A stretch of 64,000 nucleotides of DNA. It comes from an uncultured Verrucomicrobiae bacterium (GTDB lineage Bacteria > Verrucomicrobiota > Verrucomicrobiia > Chthoniobacterales > JAFAMB01). A program made the translations under genes and the position numbers. The DNA lies in contig CAWIPH010000002.1 in assembly GCA_963837955.1 (NCBI GenBank), positions 3,552,001-3,616,000 on the forward strand, given 5' to 3'. Each line of letters begins with the position of its first letter. Position 1 is the stretch's first letter. Positions 49,997 to 60,037 of this stretch are shown one piece after another. The notes under the pieces were generated by a model, which was not told where the DNA came from, made no database searches, and was given only the letters and a program-made list of their open reading frames with translations.

Positions 49997-50215
49997 CTTG
50001 TATATGTGGTGGCATATAATCTTCCCCTTAGTCCAAGTCTTGGCGTCAGATCCCAATTCTCTAATCCGAAAACTTGTCGTCTTTGCGTGAGATTTCGGTC
50101 GTCTTTGCTTGATTGTATTCCGTGTTCTGATTCCGCCGAGCAGGCGTGTCCGACGAAGCATCCACCAGGTGGTGATACGATTTTTGACTAACTTCGCGAA
50201 GTCGGAAGCTCAGCC

Positions 50216-51310
50216 CTACCGTATACTCTCGTCGGTATTCGGATCGAACAGGTGAATTAACTCGCTCGCTACGGTGAGCGTTAGCTTCTCGCCGGCTACC
50301 CGTCCCCACTGTTCGTTGATCTGCGCGATGATCTTTTTCTCTTCGCCGATGTTGATTTGGAGGATTGAGGTCGCTCCTTGGGGCTCGACTACCTCGACGA
50401 TGCCTTTGATGACGTTCTTGGTCGCGCTGTCAGGGTTTCTCTCGATCAACAGGTGTTCCGGACGAACTCCCACCCAGACATCTTTGATCCCTTTCCGGGT
50501 CGCAGCAGCAGCGCGATCCTTTGATAACAGTAAGCGGAAATTTTCTCCGGCGGAAACCGATCCATCCGCTGCAACCTGCCCACGCAAAAAATTCATCGAT
50601 GGGCTGCCAATGAAACCCGCCACATACCGGTTAATCGGCACATTGTACAGATCCTTGGGCGTTCCAACCTGCTGGACTAATCCTTTGGACATGACCACGA
50701 TCCGGTCACCCATGCTCAACGCCTCAACCTGGTCGTGCGTGACGTAAAATGTCGTTACGCCCAGACGCCGTTGGAGCTTAATGATCTCGGCCCGCATCTC
50801 GACCCGAAGCTTGGCGTCTATGTTAGATAACGGTTCGTCCATCAAGAAAACCTTTGGCTCTCGCACGATCGCACGCCCAAGCGCCACTCGCTGACGTTCA
50901 CCTCCGGATAGCTCCTTGGGTTTGCGCTCAAGCAAATGCTCGATACCCAGGATTTTTGCCGCCGAATGAACTCGTTCGGCCACACGCTCTTTGGGAAACT
51001 TCCGTAACCGCAGGCCGAAAGACATGTTGCCGAATACGTTCATATGCGGAAACAGAGCGTAGTTCTGGAAAACCATGGCGACGTCGCGTTCTCGCGGGAT
51101 CATTCCGACAACGTTCTTTCCGCCAATCTTGATCTCGCCACCGGTTACTGTCTCCAGACCAGCGATCATCCGCATCGTCGTGGTCTTGCCGCATCCGGAA
51201 GGTCCGACCAGGACGACGAATTCGCCCTCGGTGGTGGTGAGATTGAAATCCTGAACGGCGAGAACTTCGCCGTACCGCTTCATCACTTTAGATAACTCGA
51301 CTATAGCCAC
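50216..51310 (-). CDS. Carbohydrate ABC transporter ATP-binding protein (MalK/UgpC-like)
   Basis: GPSGCGKT, LSGGERQR and DEPLSN motifs; TOBE-like C-terminus. Confidence 0.95.
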   Translation of the reverse strand: MAIVELSKVMKRYGEVLAVQDFNLTTTEGEFVVLVGPSGCGKTTTMRMIAGLETVTGGEIKIGGKNVVGMIPRERDVAMVFQNYALFPHMNVFGNMSFGLRLRKFPKERVAERVHSAAKILGIEHLLERKPKELSGGERQRVALGRAIVREPKVFLMDEPLSNIDAKLRVEMRAEIIKLQRRLGVTTFYVTHDQVEALSMGDRIVVMSKGLVQQVGTPKDLYNVPINRYVAGFIGSPSMNFLRGQVAADGSVSAGENFRLLLSKDRAAAATRKGIKDVWVGVRPEHLLIERNPDSATKNVIKGIVEVVEPQGATSILQINIGEEKKIIAQINEQWGRVAGEKLTLTVASELIHLFDPNTDESIR

Positions 51311-51346
51311 AGTTACTCCACTAACGTTGTTGGACTGAGAACAAGT

Positions 51347-52210
51347 TTATCCTTTCACTGCACCGAATGAGAGGCCACGCGCAAGATAACGCTGAACGAA
51401 GAATGACATAATCACCGGAGGCGCTATGGCCAAGATCGTATTGACGGCAGCGAAGTTAAAATCGACTCCCCTCGTACTCCGAGAAGCTAAAATGAATGCG
51501 GGCATGGTAGCCGCGTGCTGGGAAGTAACAGCCGAAGCAAACAATGCCTCGTTCCAGCAAAAAGCGAAAACGATAAAGGCCGTCACGATCAATCCATCCA
51601 GCGAGAGTGGTAAAGCGATCATCCAAAAGATCTGCCAGAGGGAAGCCCCTTCGATCCTCGCTGCCTCCTCGACCTCTTTGCTGACGTCGCGAAAAATATC
51701 ACGCATAATGACCACGCAAAAAGCCAGGTTAAAGGTGGAATAGAGAAGGATGAGTCCTGTCCAGGTATCGATCATGCCAATCTGAGCGAGCATAATGTAA
51801 AAGGGCGTTAACACCACGACGGGCGGTAGCACGCGCTGCGATAAAAACCAGAGCGTGATGTCCTTGCTCTTCATTCTTCCAAATTCAAAGCGAGCAAGAC
51901 TGTAAGCGGCCGGCGTGCCGATCAGGAGAACCAACAAGGTCGTCCCGACGCCAACCAAGGCGCTGCTGAACAAACAGTTAAGAGCCTGTGGATCGCCAAG
52001 CACCTCCTTCCACGCGTCGAGCGTCGGCGTAAACTGCAGGAACGGAATAATCGCTCCTGGTGTAAAGATATCTGCATGCGTTTTGAGGGAGTTGTCGATG
52101 GCCCAGAGGAACGGTACTGCGACCCAAACTGCCGCCAAGCAGGCGATGGCCATGGCCAGAATTTTTGAACCCCATCTTGAATTAGTCCAAAGCAGATTTT
52201 CCATAAGCAA
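51347..52210 (-). CDS. Carbohydrate ABC permease (MalG-like)
   Basis: EEAARIEGAS EAA loop; six TM segments. Confidence 0.93.
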   Translation of the reverse strand: MLMENLLWTNSRWGSKILAMAIACLAAVWVAVPFLWAIDNSLKTHADIFTPGAIIPFLQFTPTLDAWKEVLGDPQALNCLFSSALVGVGTTLLVLLIGTPAAYSLARFEFGRMKSKDITLWFLSQRVLPPVVVLTPFYIMLAQIGMIDTWTGLILLYSTFNLAFCVVIMRDIFRDVSKEVEEAARIEGASLWQIFWMIALPLSLDGLIVTAFIVFAFCWNEALFASAVTSQHAATMPAFILASRSTRGVDFNFAAVNTILAIAPPVIMSFFVQRYLARGLSFGAVKG

Positions 52211-52229
52211 TCCGAGTCATTTTTACTTT

Positions 52230-53123
52230 CTATTCGATCCGTCTGCGCATCTGTTTGAAGAAATAGCTAATCACGACAGATGCCAGAATCAGGTAGATGA
52301 TTCCCATCGCCGATCCCCGGCCGAAATCGGTAAACTGAATTGTCGTCAGATCCGCCATGATACTAAAAAGCTGCGTACTCGTTCCGGGACCACCGCTGGT
52401 TAACGCGTAGGGTAACCCAAAAGACTTCAGCCCTTCGATCACCCGCAAAAGAATGGCTATCGTCAGAACCGGCCAAGCTAACGGCACCGCCACATGACGA
52501 AAAACCTGCCAATGGCTGGAAGACTCCAACATCGCCGCGTCGTAGATATCGTTCGGAATAGCAGACAAAGTTGCCAACGACATCAAAAACACGAACGGCG
52601 TCCAAATCCAGATATCTAGGATCATGGCCGCAGCTAGTCCTCCGGACGCAGTAGAAAGCCAATCGATGTGGATTCCGAGGGAGGCTAGGAGCGCACTGAT
52701 CAAACCACCCTGGTCGGTGAAAAGCGTGACGCCGAGATACCCAATCGCAACTTCCATGGTGAACAGCGGCGCGGTAAGTACCGGTCGAAAAAAGCTTTTC
52801 CCCGGTAGCCCGATCGTAATGAGCCAAGCCAGGATAAATCCGCCACAAACTTCAATCGGGACGGTGATCCCGACGAAGAGCACGGTGATGAAGATTGCAT
52901 ACCAAAACCCGCTGTCGGTTAAGAGACGGGCGTAATTGTCGAACCCGACGTAGCTCGTGATCCCTTCACCAAGCACATAGTTGGCGAAACTGTAATGGAC
53001 CGCTGCTAAGATCGGGAAGAAGGTCAGCCCGATGACCCAAATAACCGCCGGAGCGAGCAAGGCGTACTTGAATCCTCGTTCCGCCTTGCTCTGAACTGAT
53101 GCTGTCGCCTCCATCGAACCCAT
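52230..53123 (-). CDS. Carbohydrate ABC permease (MalF-like)
   Basis: WIWTPF, IYDAA and TSGGPG motifs. Confidence 0.93.
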   Translation of the reverse strand: MGSMEATASVQSKAERGFKYALLAPAVIWVIGLTFFPILAAVHYSFANYVLGEGITSYVGFDNYARLLTDSGFWYAIFITVLFVGITVPIEVCGGFILAWLITIGLPGKSFFRPVLTAPLFTMEVAIGYLGVTLFTDQGGLISALLASLGIHIDWLSTASGGLAAAMILDIWIWTPFVFLMSLATLSAIPNDIYDAAMLESSSHWQVFRHVAVPLAWPVLTIAILLRVIEGLKSFGLPYALTSGGPGTSTQLFSIMADLTTIQFTDFGRGSAMGIIYLILASVVISYFFKQMRRRIE

Positions 53124-53156
53124 TTTGCGCCTGCCGATTCCTAGCCAGCCAGCTGA

Positions 53157-54806
53157 CTAGGCGAACGATTCCGCGTACAATTTCTTCTGCTTGTCGCGTC
53201 CGTACCGCTCGGTAATTCGCTCCCAGGCCTTAGCGCAGTCATCGAGCGCAGCCTTTGGTTGAGTTTGACCAGCCAAGACAGCAGAGATACGGACGTCTAG
53301 CTCATGCCAATATTCAGCAGCTCCCGGAATGCGCAGGTACGATTCCTGCACCGGCGATGAGAGATTCTTGTAGTAGGCGTCCAGATATCTTTTGGCCTCG
53401 TCCGCATCCCATCCTTGCGCCACCCACTCTTCGACACTGCCAGAGCCAACCGGCGGGAAGTACTCAAACTTCATCCCTGGTTGGACGCCAGTAAATCCAT
53501 GAGTGCAGTTGTATATTGCATTCTTCTTGGTCGCCATAAACGCAAGAAAGTCATAAGTGACTTCCTTTTTCTTGGAGAAGCGCGAGATAACACAATGCCA
53601 GGTCCCGCCGTTGACATTCCCGACCGAGTTTAGGTCGAACTTATCCCATTTACCTTTGATCGGATCGTAAGCCTCGGTTGTTCCTGGAATAGTCGTTGCG
53701 CCAACCTTACCTTGGACCTTCGACTCCTTCGGATCCTGAGCAAAGGTTGGAAGATCGCCCCAGGTCGGTTCCATGACCGCGTGCCCGGACAAGAACAAGG
53801 CCCAGCCCTGACCCAAGGTCCAGCTGATTGCTTCTTTCGGCCCGCACGGCAGAAACTTCACGTAATCTTCCAGAGCGCGGAGATGGCCCTCGGAGTTAAT
53901 CAGGGGCTTGAACGTCTCCGGATGGAACCAGAAGTATTTGTTATTCGGCGAACAGACGTAAGGGGCCGCCAAGGTCAAGAAGTGGAAGAAGCCCTGCTCA
54001 TTGACTTTGGCGTGCAACGCAATTCCCCAATCGTCCTTGCCGTCACCATTCCAATCCCACCCGGTAAAGAAGGTCGCAACATCGAGCATCTCCTTCGACG
54101 TCTTCGGCGGGTTCGGAAAGTCGTAACCTAGCTTATCCTTGAACTTCTGCTGATTCTCCGCCTTGTCGAAAACGTCCCTGCGATAATATAGGATCTGACA
54201 ATCACCATCGAACAAAACTCCGTAGATCTTGCCCTGCCACGTATAAAGACCCTTCATGGCCGGTATCCAGTCGTCCGGGGTCCAGTAAGGATACTTTGGA
54301 TCCTTCAGGAACGGTTCAACCTCGATAATGTAAGGTTCTTTCGGCACAAAAAAGTCGCCATAGAACCAAGCGCCGGTCATGTAGGCATCGTATTTATGCG
54401 TTGTTTGTAGATCCGAGAAGATCTGCTGATGAAGGGTATCAATCGGGACCTCAGCCACATTGACCTTGCCGCCAGTTTCCTCTTCCCATTTCGGCACCCA
54501 GTACTTAAGGCCATCGCCAACCGTGGCTTTCAGAACCATGATATTAATGGTCTGGCCTTTGTAGGGCTTCGTCTTGAGAAACGCGATGCGCTCATTCGTT
54601 ATCGGTGATTCATTCGGATAGTCGGGCGACGAATCGACTAAATTACTATCCGCTGCGTATGCTCGGGAAGTCATTATCCGGCTCAACAAAGCCGCTGATA
54701 TTCCCAGCTTAGCCGCCTGGGCGATGAAATGCCGTCGACTGATTCTGCCTGCTAAAAATCCGGCAGCCAATTCTTGAAAATGCTCTCTCGAGCTGTCTTG
54801 GGACAT
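53157..54806 (-). CDS. Carbohydrate ABC substrate-binding protein with Tat-like signal
   Basis: SRRHFI twin-arginine-like motif; LYYRRD; first gene of the ABC operon. Confidence 0.88.
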   Translation of the reverse strand: MSQDSSREHFQELAAGFLAGRISRRHFIAQAAKLGISAALLSRIMTSRAYAADSNLVDSSPDYPNESPITNERIAFLKTKPYKGQTINIMVLKATVGDGLKYWVPKWEEETGGKVNVAEVPIDTLHQQIFSDLQTTHKYDAYMTGAWFYGDFFVPKEPYIIEVEPFLKDPKYPYWTPDDWIPAMKGLYTWQGKIYGVLFDGDCQILYYRRDVFDKAENQQKFKDKLGYDFPNPPKTSKEMLDVATFFTGWDWNGDGKDDWGIALHAKVNEQGFFHFLTLAAPYVCSPNNKYFWFHPETFKPLINSEGHLRALEDYVKFLPCGPKEAISWTLGQGWALFLSGHAVMEPTWGDLPTFAQDPKESKVQGKVGATTIPGTTEAYDPIKGKWDKFDLNSVGNVNGGTWHCVISRFSKKKEVTYDFLAFMATKKNAIYNCTHGFTGVQPGMKFEYFPPVGSGSVEEWVAQGWDADEAKRYLDAYYKNLSSPVQESYLRIPGAAEYWHELDVRISAVLAGQTQPKAALDDCAKAWERITERYGRDKQKKLYAESFA

Positions 54807-55145
54807 AGATTTTGCAAACCTAATGATGTTTCCCAAAGAACTCTTCCGGTCGATCCAGCGGATCTCGCACAGTCGTTAGATCTGTGCCCCAACGTTATGA
54901 ACATCCGTCGGGCCGAATGGAAAAGTGGAATGGGGGGATTTCTTTAAAGATAGTGAAATAATGTCTCTGTCGTCAAGTAGGGCCAGGCGATTTCCGGAGT
55001 ATTAATACGGGTTTCGAGGCGAAAAGGAGTTCGGAAGTTACAGAATGAAAGCGCAACTGATCTAGGAGAGCCGCGCTTTCGACTGATCAGGATGTGAAAT
55101 CCCTGGATCCTGCCCAAATTCTATGCTCCTAACTGACTCTCTTCT

Positions 55146-55574
55146 CTAGCTAGGCCTATTCGCAAACATCGCCCGGTTCGTTTCGTTGGTCAGGGCCATA
55201 AGGGTGAGAACTCCGAGGACCGTTCCGAACGGGCTGAAGCAGCATTCGACGCACGCCATCACGAAACAAAACCAATAATTCTTTCGGCGACGCAGAGCGA
55301 ATCCCGCGGCCAGGACACTGCTCGCAAAAAGGAACCCAGCAACCATGAATGCCAGGCCCATCACGATAAACAAAACGCCAATGATTTCCACAGAGCCAGC
55401 CGAGTTTTTCGGTGGAGCAACCAGCATGGAAAATCCCACCGCTACGTGAATAATCGGAAAACAGGAGAAAAGATACGAGAGCCCACCAAGCGCAAAATGG
55501 GCGATTGCGAGAGCGTCCACGTACTTTTCGCCTTCAGGAAATTTGGATGGCAGTGGCGGTAAGTTCTGCGTCAC
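55146..55574 (-). CDS. Hypothetical membrane protein
   Basis: Hydrophobic segments; CVECCFSPFGTVLGV. Confidence 0.75.
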   Translation of the reverse strand: MTQNLPPLPSKFPEGEKYVDALAIAHFALGGLSYLFSCFPIIHVAVGFSMLVAPPKNSAGSVEIIGVLFIVMGLAFMVAGFLFASSVLAAGFALRRRKNYWFCFVMACVECCFSPFGTVLGVLTLMALTNETNRAMFANRPS

Positions 55575-55772
55575 GGAGTATAGAGGAGTACGAGAAATAC
55601 CGGAAGTTCACGAGTCCGAAAATCGCTTTGAGAGACAGGAATGTGACTCTAATTCGGGTTCCTTGGCCGTACAGATCGGCGAAATCGCGTTTATTCTACA
55701 ACTTCTGAACCCTCTCCCTTGTACTTTTCCTACTTCTTGAGTTCCCTCCCTTTTGTTCCAAATTACCCTTCG

Positions 55773-56288
55773 ATGAGCAAGCTGCTTAAGTATCTCACTT
55801 TCTGCGTCGCCCTTGTTGCCTGCGGTGTTGCGTATGGAGGGAGCGCGGAATCAAACGTCCGTATCGAGTTTATAAGACCAGAGAACTACACAGACGTATC
55901 CTTTCGCTCGATGACTCCAGCCAGCGCCCGTGAACGGTTGATCCGCGAATTGTCGCGTACGATTCAGGACGCAGGGACCAAATCTCTGGCTGGATACCAA
56001 CTCGATGTCCGGATCTTGGACGTCCACATGGCCGGGCGGGAAGCGTTTGAGGCACCCGGAATCAATTCCGATTTACGGATTCGTAACCGGACGACCCCAC
56101 CCAAGGTTTCGCTCGAATTTCAGGTGAAGGATCGTTCCGGGAAGGTAGTGGCTAAAGGCTCAGAAAAGTTAATCGATCCGAACTACCAATGGAACGTCAG
56201 TTATCAAGGTACTGACGAGCTGTATTCCGAAAAGTATCTACTTCGCACCTGGATCAGCAGTTTACCGCAGAAGATCCATCGAACATAA
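55773..56288 (+). CDS. DUF3016-like secreted protein
   Basis: Signal peptide; PENYTDV, DVHMAG, PPKV and EKYLL..W motifs. Confidence 0.75.
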   Translation: MSKLLKYLTFCVALVACGVAYGGSAESNVRIEFIRPENYTDVSFRSMTPASARERLIRELSRTIQDAGTKSLAGYQLDVRILDVHMAGREAFEAPGINSDLRIRNRTTPPKVSLEFQVKDRSGKVVAKGSEKLIDPNYQWNVSYQGTDELYSEKYLLRTWISSLPQKIHRT

Positions 56289-56354
56289 GGCGCGAGCTAG
56301 CCGGAGATGGGCAGGGTCCCGCGCTTGTCGGACCGAACTTGCTTTTAGGTCAAG

Positions 56355-56485
56355 GGACGCTCTCCCGACATTGGTAAGCCTTCTTGGCGGGCGAACCAAG
56401 AAATACCACGATAGCCGGGCCCACGGAGGACGTACGTTCAGGTTCCTGACCGCTGCCTACCCCATTGCGGATTCGCCCAAAGGAG
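56355..56485 (+). ncRNA. Candidate structured 5' leader (riboswitch-like), family not recognised
   Basis: Nested stems; loop GGGCGAA is complementary to TTCGCCC, which abuts the SD AAAGGAG. Confidence 0.45.
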
Positions 56486-56492
56486 AAACCAA

Positions 56493-57266
56493 ATGAAACC
56501 AAAGCAAGAAACCCGACAACATGAAACGATAACTGAAATCCACGCAGGGGTGGACCAAGTCTGGAAAGCAATCACGGATGCCTCTCAAGTTCAGATCTGG
56601 TACGCGCCAGAGGCCAGGATCGATCTGCGGACGGGCGGCGAATACTTTGTTTCCTGGGGCGAAGGGGCCGGTGCAACCGGACAAATCGAAGTGCTCGAAC
56701 CACCGAAGCATTTGCGGGTCGTCGCGGAGCGCGACTCGACCATGAACACTGAGGAACCGGAAAAAAGCATAAAGACCTCACCCGTCCGGGTTGCCATCGA
56801 TTTCTATCTCGAATCGCATAGCGACACGACGGTGTTACGGCTTGTGCACTCCGGCTTTCTTCCTTCGACTGACTGGGATGCAGAATATCATGGTACGCGC
56901 AAGGGTTGGCCAATCATGTTGCGGATTCTGCGGTACAGCTTGGAGCATTTCGGGGGCGCCCCGGGACGCCAAAGTTGGCTCTACACCGCTTCTACTGTTC
57001 CCCTGAACGACGCGTGGGAAGCCTTCACCCAATCCATTGCGTCGGAGGCAATTAAATTCGTGGTACCTCGCGAAGAAATTTGTGCCACTTGGGCGGAAAT
57101 GGGAGACGGATTGGTTTACGCGTCATTTGGGGAGAACGGCGGCCGAACAGGGATTAATCTCTTTGTCGTTCTATACAATGAAGCAACCCCGCGAATCGGA
57201 GAAGCCGCTGCTTATTGGCGAGGTCGCTTGGCAACGATTTTCCCAGACACTTCGATCGAGCAATAG
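56493..57266 (+). CDS. SRPBCC/AHSA1-like ligand-binding domain protein
   Basis: EIHA..DQVWKAITD...W, IDLRTGG, TVLRLVHSGF and GW motifs; strong SD. Confidence 0.85.
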   Translation: MKPKQETRQHETITEIHAGVDQVWKAITDASQVQIWYAPEARIDLRTGGEYFVSWGEGAGATGQIEVLEPPKHLRVVAERDSTMNTEEPEKSIKTSPVRVAIDFYLESHSDTTVLRLVHSGFLPSTDWDAEYHGTRKGWPIMLRILRYSLEHFGGAPGRQSWLYTASTVPLNDAWEAFTQSIASEAIKFVVPREEICATWAEMGDGLVYASFGENGGRTGINLFVVLYNEATPRIGEAAAYWRGRLATIFPDTSIEQ

Positions 57267-57267
57267 C

Positions 57268-57517
57268 TTTCGTCCTCGCCCGCCCTGGCTCAAATAAATT
57301 TCGCCCTAGCGGCGCTGGATCAACGCCCACGATCGGTAGGGCGAACGCTTTTGCGTGAGCCACTCAGGGTTTCCGCCTCAAATAAACTTTCGCCCTACCA
57401 ACGCTGGATCAACGCCTACGATCGGCAGGGCGAACGCTTTTGCGTGAGCCGCTCAAGGGGTTCCCGGCTCAAATAAATTTTCGCCCTACCGGCGCTGGGC
57501 TAGCTACGAGGACGAAA
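57268..57517. repeat. Tandem REP/BIME-like array (~2.4 units of 88-91 bp) inside an 11-bp inverted repeat
   Basis: Units start at 57287, 57375 and 57466; GGTAGGGCGAA...TTCGCCCTACC; flanks TTTCGTCCTCG / CGAGGACGAAA. Confidence 0.85.
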
Positions 57518-57519
57518 TT

Positions 57520-58575
57520 CTAAATAGCTTCGGCGATTGCCCGGCCAACCTGCTCGGTCGTGGCCTCACCACCAATATCGCGCGTTCGCGGGCCCTGACT
57601 AAGAACGGCTTCAATCGCGTTTAGAACCGCAGCCCCTGCTTCAGGATGACCTAGATGATCGAGCATCATGGCGCCGCTCCAGATCTGGCCGATCGGATTG
57701 GCGATTCCTTTGCCGGCGATGTCCGGCGCAGAACCGTGAACCGGTTCGAACATCGACGGAAATTCTCGTTCCGGATTCAGGTTAGCCGAAGGCGCGATGC
57801 CGATGGTACCGGTAACCGCTGGTCCAAGATCGCTCAAGATGTCGCCGAATAGATTGGAACCAACAACCACATCGAACCAGTCCGGGTGGCTGACGAAGTG
57901 TGCAGTGAGAATGTCAATGTGATATTGATCCACGCGAATCTCAGGATAATCGGATGAAACCGCCTTCACCCGTTCATCCCAAAACGGCATGGTCACCGTA
58001 ATGCCGTTGCTCTTTGTGGCAGAGGTCAGGTGCTTTTTCGGTCTCTTCTTGGCCAGCTCGAATGCGGAGCGCAGAATGCGATCGACACCACGTCGGGTAA
58101 AAATCGACTGCTGCGTCACGATCTCGTCCTCGGTCCCTTCGTAAATGCGTCCACCAACCGATGAGTACTCGCCTTCGTTATTCTCGCGTACGATCAGAAA
58201 ATCAATGTCGCCCGGTAGGCGGTTCTTCAGCGGGGATTCAATGCCGGGCATCAATCGAACCGGGCGCAGGTTAGCATACTGGCGGAAATGACGCCGAATC
58301 GGAATGAGTAAACCCCACAGGGACACATGATCTGGTACCGGAGGAAAACCGACCGCTCCCAGAAAAATCGCATCGTGATGGCGGATCTGGTCCAGCCCGT
58401 CTGCAGGCATCATCCTTCCCGTCTTCTGATAGAACTCACAACTCCAGGGCAGATGATCCCACTCGAACTCGATGCCGAACTTGCGGCCCGCCGCGTTTAG
58501 AACACGGATACCTTCCGGAACAACTTCCTGACCGATACCGTCCCCCGGAATGGTTGCGATGTGATAACTCTTCAT
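57520..58575 (-). CDS. Tartrate dehydrogenase / D-malate dehydrogenase (decarboxylating)
   Basis: PGDGIG, VPDHVSLWGLL, TKSNGI, NLFGDILSD and FEPVHGSAPDI motifs. Confidence 0.9.
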   Translation of the reverse strand: MKSYHIATIPGDGIGQEVVPEGIRVLNAAGRKFGIEFEWDHLPWSCEFYQKTGRMMPADGLDQIRHHDAIFLGAVGFPPVPDHVSLWGLLIPIRRHFRQYANLRPVRLMPGIESPLKNRLPGDIDFLIVRENNEGEYSSVGGRIYEGTEDEIVTQQSIFTRRGVDRILRSAFELAKKRPKKHLTSATKSNGITVTMPFWDERVKAVSSDYPEIRVDQYHIDILTAHFVSHPDWFDVVVGSNLFGDILSDLGPAVTGTIGIAPSANLNPEREFPSMFEPVHGSAPDIAGKGIANPIGQIWSGAMMLDHLGHPEAGAAVLNAIEAVLSQGPRTRDIGGEATTEQVGRAIAEAI

Positions 58576-58664
58576 TGGTCTGCGAACCTCGTTTTACAAT
58601 CCACGACTTGCAACGGTCGCCCCGGATTCGAAGGAGCCAAGGTTGGGAGAGGCGTTGCTTGCAA

Positions 58665-59921
58665 CTATTCCTGATGAAGCCGATCCGGGTGGCTCAGTGC
58701 ATCGGAGCGTAAAGGGACCATTTTTTGGTTTCCCAGCCGAGCCAAGAAGAATGCCAGTGGATTGAGAGCAATAGAAATCAGAGCACCAGCCACAATCAAG
58801 CTTTGCCCTTTTTGCGGTAGAAGATGAAGGCGAGTTCCTAAGCTAGCCAGAATAAAGGAGAATTCGCCGATTTGGGACAGGCTCGCCCCAATGGTGAGAG
58901 CCGTCCCAAGCGGGTAACGGAGAGCGAGCACGAGTCCGACGGATACCAAAGACTTTCCCAATACGATAACGGCGACTATCGCGAATATATGCAGCGGCTC
59001 CCTAACAAGGATGGCAGGATTGAAAAGCATTCCGACTGCTACAAAGAAGAGCACCGCAAAAGCGCTCTGCAGAGGACGTAGCTCGCGAGCGACACGCTGA
59101 CTCAGGTCCGACTCGCTGATCACCACGCCGGCAAAAAAGGCGCCTAGCGCAAACGACACTTCGAAAATCTCAGCCGAACCGTAGGCCACACCCAGAGCAA
59201 TGGCTGCTACGGAAAGAAGAAATAGCTCTTCCGAGCCGGAGTGGTCGACTAGCTTCAATAACCACGGGAACACTCGTTTCCCGGCTAGGAGCATCAACCC
59301 AACGAATAGTGCGATCTTCCCGAGTCTTAGCGCGAGCGTGAAGATCAGGTTATTGCCACCCGCACCTAGGTCGTTGTCTTGATGCACGCCACCGCCAAGG
59401 GCATTGGCAAAGAAAGGGAGCACCACGAGAACCACTACCATGACTAAGTCCTCGACTACCAGCCAACCCACGGCGATGCGGCTGGTATCCGAATTGGCCG
59501 TTCCCTGTGCCTCCTGGGCTCGCAAGAGTACGACCGTACTTGCAACGGAAAGCGAAAGCCCAAGTACCAACCCTGCGCCAAGATTCCAGTGCCAGAGAAA
59601 AGCCAAAACTATCCCCATTCCGGTGGTTACCGCCATCTGCAGAATGGCGCCGGGCAGAGCGATAGCCCGGACGGCGATAAGGTCACGCACCGAAAAGTGC
59701 ATCCCGACACCGAACATGAGGAGAATCACCCCTATTTCGGCTAACTGCGGCGCGAGATGAACGTCCGCAACAAAGCCCGGGGTAAACGGCCCCACCAATA
59801 TGCCGGCGACAAGATATCCAACCAGAGGAGGCAAACGGAGGCGCGCAGCTATCAGGCCGCCGAACAAGGCGTATACTAAGCCAACGGCGAGCGTGGAGAT
59901 GAGCGGAAGTGCGTGGGGCAT
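58665..59921 (-). CDS. CPA2 cation:proton antiporter (YbaL-like), membrane domain only
   Basis: LAEIGVILLMFGVGMHFS, SVASTVV, LVVEDL and SQIGEFSF motifs. Confidence 0.9.
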   Translation of the reverse strand: MPHALPLISTLAVGLVYALFGGLIAARLRLPPLVGYLVAGILVGPFTPGFVADVHLAPQLAEIGVILLMFGVGMHFSVRDLIAVRAIALPGAILQMAVTTGMGIVLAFLWHWNLGAGLVLGLSLSVASTVVLLRAQEAQGTANSDTSRIAVGWLVVEDLVMVVVLVVLPFFANALGGGVHQDNDLGAGGNNLIFTLALRLGKIALFVGLMLLAGKRVFPWLLKLVDHSGSEELFLLSVAAIALGVAYGSAEIFEVSFALGAFFAGVVISESDLSQRVARELRPLQSAFAVLFFVAVGMLFNPAILVREPLHIFAIVAVIVLGKSLVSVGLVLALRYPLGTALTIGASLSQIGEFSFILASLGTRLHLLPQKGQSLIVAGALISIALNPLAFFLARLGNQKMVPLRSDALSHPDRLHQE

Positions 59922-60037
59922 CGGGCTTAGAGGCGATCTACAGGATCGGCAAATTTGCGTGGAATGGGATGAATTCCTGCTTGGCTATGACCCAGTTACT
60001 ATTTATTTGTTCGGCTTCGGGCAACTGCATTACGCAA

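Noticed and set aside
49997..54806. Genomic island integrated at tRNA-Arg
   Set aside because: No integrase, and I found no duplicate of the tRNA 3' end in the window.
55024..55139. Possible degenerate inverted-repeat element (GGAGTT..CAGAAT / ATTCT..CTCC)
   Set aside because: The arms are too degenerate and there is no second copy in the window.
56355..56485. ZTP, SAH, cobalamin or c-di-GMP riboswitch
   Set aside because: Hallmark sequences (e.g. CGCCUGGG, B12 box, GGCAAA/GNRA receptor pair) were not seen; kept only as an unclassified candidate.
57287..57497. CRISPR array
   Set aside because: Whole units are near-identical, with no unique spacers; no cas genes; a REP/BIME explanation fits.
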